DNA of 61,145 nt, counting the filler, from Basidioascus undulatus (lineage: Eukaryota): NCBI GenBank assembly GCA_000826855.1. It is 4 parts of 4 records of this genome, joined end to end, with 100 filler letters (N's around TTAATTAATTAA, not from the genome) between each part and the next. Parts side by side here need not be neighbours in the genome. Positions count along the whole stretch, not along the records: positions 30,660 to 45,839 come from JTLS01000656.1; positions 45,940 to 61,145 come from JTLS01000657.1; 2 more parts are not named here. The stretch is one strand, 5' to 3'. Shown piece by piece: positions 41,071 through 53,290 of the stretch; position 1 is the first letter of the stretch, and every line of letters begins with the position of its first letter. Under the pieces are notes generated by a model that did no database searches, had not been told where the DNA came from, and worked only from the letters and a program-made list of their open reading frames with translations. Both the position numbers and the translations under genes were made by a program.

Positions 41071-42558
41071 AAGTACAATTTTCTACACTTTTAATTGAGA
41101 TGCGGTGCGAAAGAGGTACTCGTTTGGGAACCGCCTGGTTTCCGGTTTGCGTTCCAGGACATGCGTATCTTTAAGTCCTCCATCGAGAATGTTCTGTGCG
41201 CAAACCACGACGGCGATCACTAATGTTAGTAAGCGTTCAGAAGGAACAATTTATATATGGACATACAGTAAGCTACTTGGAATGGATGCGTTGAAGTCTT
41301 TGAGCGAGATGATGGTTTTTGGCGAAGAAGCAACGCGTGCACCGCGCGTCGATCGTTGACCTCTTTCGCCCATCTTCGCTTCTGCCTTTTGTCTCGCCAA
41401 TTTGCTGTCGCCTGCAATATCAATCGACTCAAACTCACCCGATCGATAGAACCGCTGCTCATGCCCTCTCACTCTTTTGGTTTCACATCCCTCATTTCAA
41501 CGCCCACGATTTGCCTCTTTTACGTCCTCATCTCGAACATCCTCACCCTCGTCCTCCTCCTAGCTCCGCCATCGCCTCCCATAACGTTTCGTGCATAGGA
41601 AACTCTGGAGCCTGGCGGGCGACGCCGGGACGAGCGCACTGGGCATTACTGGGCTGGTGCATGTGCGTTGGCGACCAAGCCCGCGGAGAGAGGAGAGACA
41701 TGGAGGCGGGCGGGGTAAGTCGATGGACCTCTAGGTGTGGAAACGGTTGCATGGTGTATCGAGGTGTTTGCACTATCATGCACACCCTAAACCTAACTAA
41801 ACCTAACGCCACCCTTCCCTCCTGCGCAAAATTCGCGTCCGCAAACGCCTCGGTGCCGTTCGTGAGTGACGATTCAAGCTCTTCATTCCATGCTTCCGCG
41901 GCAGTCTTTTTATTCCCTGGCGCCTCGCGTGCTCGCGTCGTTGTGCACGCGCCCGCAATTCCAAGCGGCATCTGCACACCGGCGGAGGGCCTTGCGGCTG
42001 CACGACGGGCTGGCGCACCGTCACCGTCCAGGAGCTGCGCAAATCTCATCATATATATGAATTGCAAAGAGTTGCAGACGAGGAAACGACCGTCCTGTTG
42101 TTCCCATCTCAACTTCCCATTCTCGATCGCCTCGACTCTACTTTCTCGCTTTCAATCTCTTTCGCACCTCCGACATTTCCTTCCTAATTTTCGCCATCAA
42201 GTGTATAATTTCCATTATCTTACATTTTCCACGATAGAAGCCTATCTTTTGCTTGATTTAACGGCTAGCTTGCTTGGACTGCAGCGCCGTCTCGGCGTCG
42301 ATGGCGCAGGGTCACTGATGCGATTCATCAAAGAGAGTTATGTTCGCTCAGCCCCAAACAGGACCAGCACAACATTCCCAAGTTTCCCGTGCTGACAGAG
42401 AGGTCCCCACGACCACCTATTCTTCCGGGTCCCACAGCGTCCCTTCAACGATGCGATCAACGACTGAACGTAACTCCCCCTCGCCATACGTCAGGAGGAC
42501 CACCTTGACTTGGAAAGCTTCAGGCAAGGCCTTTCTTATCATGTCATGCACTTCCACT

Positions 42559-43211
42559 TCAATATATCCCCCTCCTGTAGCGCCTCACCGACGTCGACGC
42601 CAAGAATGAGCGTGCGCAGGGCAGGAGCGCCAACCAGGAATCGCGAGACGCCCAAAGACGCCGGGGAGGTATGGCTCGTAAAGCACGTCGCTGGAACAAA
42701 CAGCAACATGAGTGAGGGAAGGCATTCCGAGGACCTTGTCCAACTCGCGCGGACGATAGAAATCGATATCCGATACAACAAGGCGCTTGACGTCTCCGAC
42801 GCATGTTATGACACTTTGGAAAAGAAATAGAAGGGGAAGGAGCACTCTTCCAGAGCGAGAAATTGACCGACGGTTGATCGTGACTGCAGAGGCGCCGCAT
42901 ATTGTACATCCTTCGAAGAAGAACGTCACGCTCGCGATCGAAACTGTCGCCGTTTGGCAGGCGGGGGCGAGTCAACGCGAGTAGCTGCGGACTCCTTTCC
43001 GCGGTGTCGACGAGATTCAATATCTGCTTCTCTTGTGACAGGGCGATAGATCTGTAGAGCAGGGGCTTTGCAAGCGCATTGAAAGAACGCGATACGAGGC
43101 AGAGCGATTCAAGAGTGGCGGAGTCCCCGGTGTACGCGAGTGGATGCGACGGAGCGCCGGCTCGGCGATGATGAGCGAGTGAATCTCGGGGAAGAGGCGC
43201 GGGAAGACCAT
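42559..43211 (-). pseudogene. Frameshifted F-box-like gene
   Basis: MVFPRLFPEIHSLII in one frame continues as SATLESLCLVSRSFNALAKPLLYRSIAL in another frame, with no intron between them. The 3' limit is approximate. Confidence 0.55.
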
Positions 43212-44111
43212 TTGAATATATTTTGGCCGAATTGGAATGGCAATTGATATTGCTGGTGCAGAGAGCGACTTGGTGGCGAGGGGACGCGGAATGAGATGGT
43301 GCCAGTGATGGTTCAGAGACAAGGACGCCCTGGGAGCGTGCTGCGGTTGTGAACTGTCTTGCGCTAGCCCCATGTCGGTTCAAAGGTCAATTTCATGGGA
43401 GCATGCCATCGCGATTCTAAATGCTCACTACTTGCTTCTGAAAGTGAGCAGATTGTTGTGAGAGCCTCGCCAATACACATGCTCTCTCGGCGACGCTTTT
43501 TATCCGCAAGACGGAATGTTTGCGCGGATCGTTCGATTTGAACTCGTCCCACTTTGATTGTTCGAGTCTTTAACAGTACTTGCCAGTGCGTAGACGTAAT
43601 GTGCCCTGAGATCAGCTCACCCCGACAGGTAGACTCGCTCGAGAGAGCCACTTTGCACGGTGGGGACAACTTGCGATAGCACGCTGCTTCTAGGATGTAG
43701 CCATTAGTATTTTCACCTAGATTCCATTCACTCGATGAATCATCATGTGAAGGCGGACTTTGGCGCCACGATGCATGAACGTTCACCTCTGGACGAAAGC
43801 CAAAGTGCACCACTTACTATACGAAGGCTAAACATTGTATACATCGTTTTATTTCTCGGGTCTTGCCATCATGCCTCGAGAGCTCGGGCGGAAGCTGATG
43901 GCGTGACCGATCCGCTCTACACATGTCTTTCAACTCCAGAACATCCCCACTTCTGCATCCCTTGTCCTCTTTAATCCATGCCACCCCCAGCAAAATCCAC
44001 CAGCCCCTTATGATTCTCACAAAACGGGACGCCATGGCGATCTTGGTCCTGGGCCGGGATCTGAAGTGCGCGGCAGTCGTATTGCCATTCATAGTACCGG
44101 TCACAATTGGC

Positions 44112-45165
44112 ATGATCGCCTGGGATGCGGTTCAGTACTGCCATTGCTCCTGTCATCGCTCCTGCCATCGCTCCTGCCATCGTTCCCACATTCAGCTTCC
44201 GCGCGAAATTTTGACCCTCAGCATCAAGGACCCTCAACCTACCTGTTTCAAATGTGGCAACGAAAAGCGGACGCTGGCCGATCGGTGCAGAATGTTTGCA
44301 AACGTGGCCTTGACTTCTCGTCTATTTAACCAGGTGGGCAGTGCTCATGAATACATATCACAAGTTGTTATAACTTGAACTCAAGGTTTTTTACAGCTGG
44401 CCACAGCTTTCTCTACTCGTCTCCGGCGGTCGTCTCCGACTCCGCGGCGTCCCTCTTCGCCCGCATACTTGCGCGCTTGGAAAAATCGAAGCGTGGGCGC
44501 ACCCGGATGTCGCACTTATCCCACTAGGGTCGGGTCTCACAGCGGGCACAGGCAATTCAGTGGTGGTCACGTACGACCCCTCAATCCTCGAGCTGGTGAA
44601 CTCGAGTAGCGACGTGACCGCCTTCGACGATGTTGTGGCAGCGAAGTGGCACCCGAGGGCGCTGCTGCCCTCGGGGATGACTCCGGGCGAGCTATGCAGG
44701 CTCGTCCTTGCCTGCGACGGCTACTCCTTGAGGTATTCCAACTTCCCCAAGGTAGATGAATCTGCGGTGGTGGCCGCGTAGAGGAAGATAGGGACACTCA
44801 GTAAGGTACTGGCAACTCACGGCCAATGGATCGAGACGAGTGCCCAGCTCCGTACCGACACCGGCTCCACTAGGTGTCGACACAGCCCCTTGGTCCTCAG
44901 ACACACCCCTCCTCGCTCGAGATCTGGACTGTGTTGACCGCCCTTGTCCGGCCTTACGTTGTACTCGTGCATTCACGGAAGAGTTCAAAAAGAGGACGGA
45001 TCACTTTCATTAGAAGAGGAATGCAGTTTATGGCTGGAAAAATCTTTTGAGAGCGCCTTGGATGTGGGTGGTGGATGGAAGCAGGTTGATGATCAAGCGT
45101 TGCGTAGGATGCATGCCTTGAGTTGCGGAGCATGGATTTGGACTGAGAGTAGTTTTGTATGGTAA
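44112..45165 (+). pseudogene. Probably decayed F-box-like gene
   Basis: IQLPREILTLSI...MFANVALTSRLFNQ|LATAFLYSSP (F-box-like); later segments are broken by stops or frame changes. Limits are approximate. Confidence 0.4.
44138..44185. repeat. 12-bp minisatellite CTGCCATCGCTC x4 (imperfect)
   Basis: Units start at 44138, 44150, 44162 and 44174. Confidence 0.85.
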
Positions 45166-45735
45166 ACAACCAGCTTAGTGTTGTTTCTTCTCGGGCGTTG
45201 TCATGAACGAAGATGTAGGATCGAACCCCGAAGGCGGGGATCTCTCTGAAATTTTACAGCATCTCCGTGGCTCATCGGTAGTTGTGATTTCTTGATTACG
45301 GAGGGCAGCTGAAAGAGGCTCTTGAACTGATACTGTCGGCTAAAAAGAAATGGCAAAAGCCGAGCACGCTTTGAACATGGAGAGGGGCGAAAGGAAAAAT
45401 GACCACTGCAGGGCTTGATCCTACGACATTTTGCGTCTACCAACTGAGTTAAGCAGCCTTTGTAATAAGTTCAAATAAATAAGTAATTCTTAGTATCGCA
45501 GAGGCATACCAAGGAATGGGGACAGTTCAGCTTTACCGTACTCTAAACGTTTTGTGGTGTGTAAACGTCCATGGAGAGAAACAGACCTCGCCAGACTTCC
45601 ACGTCGAAACGTCGGCTGCAAGCGCCCCTTCCCCGTCGGCAATTCGGCCCGAACCTGCAACGGGCTTCTCCTGCAATCCCTTGCTCCTGCCCTTGCCTCT
45701 TCCATCCCCCGCCCTCCCAGCCTCCCAGATTCAGC

Positions 45736-45839
45736 ATGTCCGCCTACGGCCCGCCCGCCTCCCGGGTCCCCTCCGCGCAACTGCCCCCGCTCACTCTCCC
45801 GCTCACCACCACCACCTCCTCCCCGCACACGCACCTGAC
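45736..45839 (+). CDS. Possible start of a gene truncated by the contig end
   Basis: ATG after a pyrimidine-rich leader; MSAYGPPASRVPSAQLPPLTLP... with high GC3, open up to the gap. Confidence 0.3.
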
Positions 45840-45939
45840 NNNNNNNNNNNNNNNNNNNNNNNNNNNNNNNNNNNNNNNNNNNNTTAATTAATTAANNNNN
45901 NNNNNNNNNNNNNNNNNNNNNNNNNNNNNNNNNNNNNNN
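45840..45939. other. Artificial joining spacer N44-TTAATTAATTAA-N44
   Basis: Identical 100-bp structure to the other two spacers. Confidence 0.97.
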
Positions 45940-46236
45940 CATCTTCACACACGCCGAAGCGCTCATCCTCGTGCGTCTCCCCTCCCCTCCCTCTCTTCCC
46001 ACTCCACCCCTCCTCGCCTTCCTTCTCTTTCTCCCCTGCCTCAGGCTGATGAAGCACGGGCGCAAAAGGCAAAGAACCACGTCCTCGCGCTCATGGAGCG
46101 GTGGGACCTGCTCGCGTCTGCGCTCGAGAGCGCGAGCATGCTCGCGGACGACGACGTCCAGCCGCGCGGGGCGCAGGAGATCGAGGAGTTTGCGCGCTGG
46201 TCCGATGAGTATTTGGATGCGCTCGATGAGGTTTAG
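45940..46236 (+). CDS. 3' end of an unidentified gene (partial)
   Basis: IFTHAEALIL | intron (GTGCGT...CTCAG) | ADEARAQKAKNHVLALMERWDLLASALES...EYLDALDEV* with coding-like codon usage. Confidence 0.6.
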   Translation, partial: HLHTRRSAHPRASPLPSLSSHSTPPRLPSLSPLPQADEARAQKAKNHVLALMERWDLLASALESASMLADDDVQPRGAQEIEEFARWSDEYLDALDEV

Positions 46237-46444
46237 CGGTCGCGCTGGGTTGTTTTGTTGTATTGTTGTTTTCCATGTCCCCGGCTGCGCGGTTGCAGAT
46301 TTCCGTTGTGTTGCAGTTAGCAGACCCTTCATACCCCATGTGCAGATAAAACGCCACGCTTTTGCAAGCATCATTTCGTTTCGTTTCGTTCTTTGTGCAT
46401 TCGAGTCTATTTTATTGGGTTCGCAGATGCGCTTGCGGCTGTCT

Positions 46445-46478
46445 CATACCCGGAGAAGCGCCCATACCCGGAGAAGCG
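46445..46478. repeat. Tandem duplication CATACCCGGAGAAGCG x2 (18-bp period)
   Basis: Copies at 46445 and 46463, between convergent genes. Confidence 0.8.
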
Positions 46479-46645
46479 TCCGACCGATGGAAAGACGAGG
46501 TTCGACAGGTCTGATGTGCGCGCGGAACGGCTAGTAAGGGACCAGGGTCACGTCCGAACGCAATCACTGCCCCGCGCCAGTAGTAGGCAGCGCAAAGTGT
46601 TGGGGTATCATGCATGCAGCCCGATGTTCCTCCGTCCGACACCCA

Positions 46646-47661
46646 TCACTTGCCGGCGTCCGACCCCGCGCCGCTCACGCTCAGCGCCTCGACCTTTTCC
46701 CCGTCCGTCGAAAAGCCGTCGAGGTCCGTCTCGGTGTCGCCCGCGCGCGATCCGCCGTCCATGGAGGGCCGGCCGCGGCGCGCGAGCTCCTCGTAAAAGC
46801 TGTGTCTCCACACCGTCGGTGTAAGCGTGGGAACGGAAGGCTTCTTGAGGGAGAAGGGGTATGAAACAGGGTAAGGTAGAAGGGACGGACCGATTCGCGT
46901 CGTTCATCCTCTCCGCCTCCTCGTTCTTCAGATCCAGCCACCGTTGCAGCAGCGCAGCATTATCGTTCCTAAGCCCCAAATTGCGCTGCTCCATCTGGGC
47001 GAGCTCAAGGCGCGTCATCTCGAGCTCGTCCTCGATGGCCTGGATGCCCTTCTCGCGCTCGCGCCGGCCCTCGCGGTCCTCCTCGTGCTTGCGCTGCAGG
47101 CGCTCGACCTGCGTGCGCAGCGCCCCCAGCTCGCCATCTTGCGCCCGCACAAGCTCGTCCCGCTCCCGAAGCGTCTCGTTCATCGTGAGGAGACGCTGAG
47201 AGGACTGGGACTGCGTCTTGTAGAGCAGGGTGAGCTCGTCCCGTGCCGAGTGCAGCTGCGATTGCAGGGAGGAGACAAGCGCGGCTTGGAGGGGATTGCT
47301 GTTGGCCAGGGAGGACGTAAGAGGAAAGGAAGAGCGGTCGGGAAATTGAAAGCACCCACTCGGCCCCACCCTCCCCAGGCTTCCCTGATCCTGCCCGCGC
47401 GCCCGCTCGCAGCAGCGTCTGGTTCTGTTCCTTGAGGAGCAACGCCTGCTGCGCGAGTCTTCGGTCTGCACATCATATCCCCGCCCAGATCGAGCCAAAT
47501 GAGAATGCCACAGAAGGGGCAAAGAGCAAAGGAGGCGCCGCACATTGTGAGATGATGCCCTCGTACGAGCGCTGCTGCGCGTCGCGCTCGACGAGCCGCA
47601 GGCGGATGGTATCTTGCCAGTTGCAGGTGGACGTGGAGGGCGCGGAAGGCGAGGCCGCCAT
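46646..47661 (-). CDS. ATG16: Autophagy-related protein 16 (coiled coil); 4 exons
   Basis: N-terminal WQDTIRLRLVERD...IISQYRRL (Atg5-binding helix) and coiled coil ...DELTLLYKTQSQ...IEDELEMTRLEL...DNAALLQRWLDLKNEEAERMNDAN. Confidence 0.88.
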
Positions 47662-48264
47662 GGTGAAGGCGATGATGGATGAGGAAAAGGAAGCGAGGTG
47701 CGGGAGGTTGTCCGGTAGACAGACGAGCGTGGTCAATTCAAGTTGGCGCTGCACGAGGCAACGCGAAACGGAACGAGAATCCCAGAGGGGTGGTGAGACG
47801 ATCAGACGCGTCCACTGTGTGTGCACGGGTATGAGTGATGCTGCTGAGGGGGGCCGCGCGAGCGATGTGTTGGATGGGTGTGTGATGGGCAGACTGATAG
47901 ACGCGACGGCGAGGCGACTCGCGGCGGGCGGCCCGAGAGCGTAGGGGCGCGATGCGGCGAAGTGCCGATGCTAGCAATCGATTGTATGCTTTGGGGATAG
48001 AGCACTAGTATTCCGCACTATCGGTGCCGCATGCCCAGGGCGATCGCGCCTTGCCCGGAACCACATCCACTCTCAACGCCCTCCCACTCCTGACACACTC
48101 GCCTCGCTCAGGTGTGTGGGCGCATCTTTGTATTCCACAGTGCGTAGCACCGTGCTGAGCAGCGTCGGGACGCCTGTGCAGTCCGCTGCTGCATTGCAGG
48201 ACACCCCCAGCAGCACCTTCCCCACACGACCCAGCTTTCCCTCCCCACTGATACTAGATCCACC

Positions 48265-49453
<1,189 letters not shown>

Positions 49454-49891
49454 GCGCTCTGCCCTATCGTCCCTGTCCCCCGTCGACCTACCTCGCACCT
49501 CGCACCTCCCTCACACGGGCCGCCGTTTAATACCCTCCGCCTGCCCTCCTCCGACCGCGTTCCTCCCCTCCTTGTTCAGGTCTTCCGCCCGACCGCTCCT
49601 TGATCCTCAGCTCCCGCATCGCTCACTTGCTACGCTTGACTACGCCGCCCGATTCTGATGCGCTCTACGCCCTGCGCTCGTCGTTTGTTTGTTTTCGCAT
49701 GTACAACCTTGCGCGATACTTGATACAGGTTTCGAAAGACCCTTGTGGTCTGGACAGCGAGAGGCTGGCAGCAGGAAAACACGCGATTCAACTCATGTCG
49801 TATCATCATCTCGTGGTAACCCGCAGCGTTGTACAATAAACGTCAACTCCCAAGCGACCCCCCACACGCGACTGCGGCTCGCCGGCCGGGC

Positions 49892-50604
49892 TCAATCGCT
49901 ATCGGAACTGCTCGAGCTGCTTGAGCCGCTGTGGCTCTTCTTCTGTTGGACGGGGGGGAGGTCATATCAGTGTGCGCTGAAGATCCCCGGGCGACGAGGA
50001 CTGCCCACCTTATGCTTCTTATCTTTCTTCTCCTTCTTCTTATCTTTATACTTCTTTTCGTCCTTCCCATGCCCATGCCCACCTGCAACACCCGCCAGCG
50101 CGCCCACAACGCTTCCCAGACCGCCTGCACAGTACGCAGTTGACGTCAGCAACCGACGAACGACGACGATGACGATACGGATGACGACGAACCAGCGCCA
50201 TGTCCATGTCCGCCACCCAAAAAGTGTCCAGCCGCCGCGCCGAGGGCGGCGCTCCCGAGCCCGCGCTGGTCGCCGGCGCCCTGCCCATATCCCTGCGGCT
50301 GGGGAGGTGCGTAACCCCCACCGGGCGCGGGCGCAGAGTTGTAGTACTCCGCGGCGCTCCCGGTCTGGGGCACGCCTGGGCGGCCAGCATAGTCGTACGC
50401 GCCCGGCTGGGGCGTCCCGGTCTGGGAGTAGGGCGCGGCCGGCGCGTGGGCGCCGTACGGGCTCGCGTGGACGTTGTACGGGTACGGCTCGGAGGGCCGG
50501 TAGGTCGCTTGGTTGTAGAGGTTGGAGGAGGGCGCTTGGGGCGCGTTGCTGGGAGGTGGGTAGCCGTAGGGCGGCTGCTGCTGGTTGTAGGGATAGTTGG
50601 ACAT
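49892..50604 (-). CDS. Small low-complexity protein: Q/Y/P-rich N-terminus, glycine-zipper-like segment, Lys-rich and Ser-rich tail; 3 exons
   Basis: MSNYPYNQQQPPYGYPPP...DQRGLGSAALGAAAGHFLGGGHGHGA|GGLGSVVGALAGV...KKYKDKKKEKKDKKHK|KKSHSGSSSSSSSDSD*. Confidence 0.75.
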
Positions 50605-51211
50605 GGTAGATATTGGGGTGTGGCGGTGGAAGAAGAGAGGAGTCAAGATGGGGATGTGGGAAACAGCCCGGCACTTGTACGCTGCCACGCATGCAGGGCA
50701 GGGGCTGTGCTGCTTCCGTTGTGGACGGATTCGATTTCGATCTGGGAAACGGTCCTGTCTGGTGTTCTACAAACTGAAAAGAATTTCAACGCTGTCTGGC
50801 CCAGATGAAATCAACCGCTAGAAACGCGGAAGCACACCTTGCATTGTTTGGCGCTTTGCTGTCCCGAAGAGCCGAGTCAGCAGACCTCCTCTTACAAGGA
50901 GAAGTTGCACGCAAATGCAGCTTGCATGCGGTTGCAGTGCGAACGTGTGCAGGGCTACACAAACAATGAAGATGCCTGTGCGATTGGCGAGGGTGTGCGC
51001 TGATTGGCTGGAGGAGGGGAGTCGCATCAGACAAAACGACATCATCTTACGGCGGCGGCGAGGTCAGTCCGCCTCGCTCGCCCCTCAAGACTCAGTTCCT
51101 CGCCTTGCCTCACTGCACCTTCCGCACACGCCGTCCTCCCCCTGCCCCCTAACTCTCCTCACCGCCCATCCACCCACAAAAAGGAGAATCCCATCGACTT
51201 GTTAACGTATT

Positions 51212-52313
51212 ATGCCGTCCCACACCCCACACCAGCCCGTCCTGCACTCGTTCGCGCAGCCGGGCGAGCTGGCAGAGTCCGTCGCGGCCTTCATCGTCAA
51301 GGCGCAGAACGACGCGATCGCGAAGCGCGAAAAGTTCACCATCGCCGTCTCGGGCGGGAGCATGCCCAAGAACCTCGCGGGCCTCGCGAAGCGCGATGAT
51401 GTCAAGTGGGACAAGTGGTGCGTCGGTCGTCTTCGTGGAGATTGAGCGTGTTGGGGCGCACAGAGGCTGAAGAGAGAGGAGGGAACGCTCAGGGAGATCT
51501 TCTTTGCCGACGAGCGCATCGTGCCTCTCGACCACCCCGACTCCAACTACAAGCTCAACCACGAAGAGTTCTTCTCCAAGGTGCCTCTCAAGCGAGAGCA
51601 GATCCACACGATCAACGCGTCCTCGCCCGCGGTCGAGAAGTTCAAGCCCGAGAACTGCCCGAAGCCGGAGGAGATCAAGGACAACGACGAGCTCGAGAAC
51701 CTGCTCGAGGACGTCGCGGACGAGTACGAGAAGCAGCTCATCGCCGCCTTCGCCGCGCGCGAGGCCGCACGCTTCCCCACATTCGACCTCATCCTCCTCG
51801 GCATGGGCCCCGACGGCCACACCGCGAGCTTGTTCCCCGGCCACGAGCTCCTCAGCGAGAGCGACCGCTGGATCGCGTACATCGTCGACGCACCCAAACC
51901 CCCGCCCGCACGCATCACCTTTACCTTCCCCGTCATCAACCACGCCTGTGCGTTCGCCCGTTCCTGCCCTCGTGCTCCCTTCGCCCTCTCTCTCGCTCAC
52001 TCCGCTTCCCATTGACACAGACCGCGTCGCCTTCATCGCTACCGGCGAGGGCAAGCAGGACATCCTGCACCAGATTCTCGACAAGCCGGAGGAGGGCCTG
52101 CCGTGCAGCCGGGTGCGCCCTGCGCCCCCAGGGCGCGTCTTCTGGTTCACCGATGAAGTGCGTACTCTGTCCATCCCTCTTTCCCCTTCCCCAACTCCAC
52201 GAACACCTCTACCATCCGCGCCTTTTCGAAATCTGACGACGCCCTCCCCCCGATCGCAGGCCGCCTCCGCCAAGGTCCAGTACCCGCGCTCGTCTTTTCC
52301 ACACGAGCCCTGA
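51212..52313 (+). CDS. 6-phosphogluconolactonase (Sol/PGLS family); 4 exons
   Basis: [67 protein letters not shown]. Confidence 0.94.
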
Positions 52314-53290
52314 GCGCGGCGTCGGCTCCCGGCTCTAGACTCTAGGACTGCGGCGCTGGAGGGAAGTGAGGGTGGTGATACAAGGGTACCGATGGTGTCG
52401 CCTTTGATGGACGCCTTCTGAAACGTCCGTCCGTCCGGGTGCGCTTGTGCGTGTGTGTTGTGTCTGTCTTTCGGTTCCCTTGGGCGTTGGTCTGAGGCGT
52501 CGGAGGGGTTTCTTCCGCACTTCTTTCTACTTGGTCGTTCGCTTCTTGCCCACTCTTCTACCTTAACGTTTTCGATCTTGTCTTGCTGCTATGATAATGA
52601 CGCTCAATTGCTGTTCTTGATCTGCTTCTGCCAGCAGAGGGACTCCGTCTCTGGTACGCTCAACTTCGACAGAAAAGCTCATTTTTTACCTTACGCATTT
52701 CTCGGTTTCCAAGCTGCACTGGCGGTTGCCTTTCCGTTCCAGCTAGTCTTGAAAATGTTCCCTACTTGCAATTTGATATGAGATTCTTGATTTTTTCCCA
52801 TCACGGGGCAGCAGCAAGAGCTGCTGTATCGCTGGCAACACCTGTTGAAAGCGCACTGCACAGCTACCAAAGTCGAACGCCGCGATGAAACCTTTCTTCT
52901 TTATTAAAATTCCTCGGGGCCCTTTACTTCCCCATAACAACCAAAACCCAGCCACACGACAAGCGTTCAGACCTGATCACTTTTCCTGCCCACACCGCCG
53001 CTCAGGACTTGTTTGGGAGGAACCCAAGATCCAGCAGTTGCCTATTGCGGCGGAAGAACATATCACCTGAACACCACAGCAGACAGAACTCCGGTAATGC
53101 AAACAGAGAGAAATACCAGCCGAAAGCCAATGGCGTGCATGGACGCGAAGGAGATTGTGCAGCGATTGAACAGGGCATGCAATGCTTGTGCAGTGTGCTT
53201 GTTGAATTCGCGCGGCCAGTAAGACTGACGACCCACACGCAATGCAATTAGCTGATTTAAACATCTATCCAATCCATGCGACCGAACCGT

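Noticed and set aside
41319..42395. 358-aa plus-strand ORF beside the TET/JBP gene as a KDZ transposase
   Set aside because: It has no CxC or DDE-type motifs and its composition looks non-coding.
45736..46236. Joining the ORF start before the third spacer to the gene end after it
   Set aside because: The two parts lie on different contigs and nothing supports continuity.
52550..53250. AT-richer stretch between SOL and the metallophosphoesterase as a transposon relic
   Set aside because: No recognisable coding motif or terminal repeat was found.
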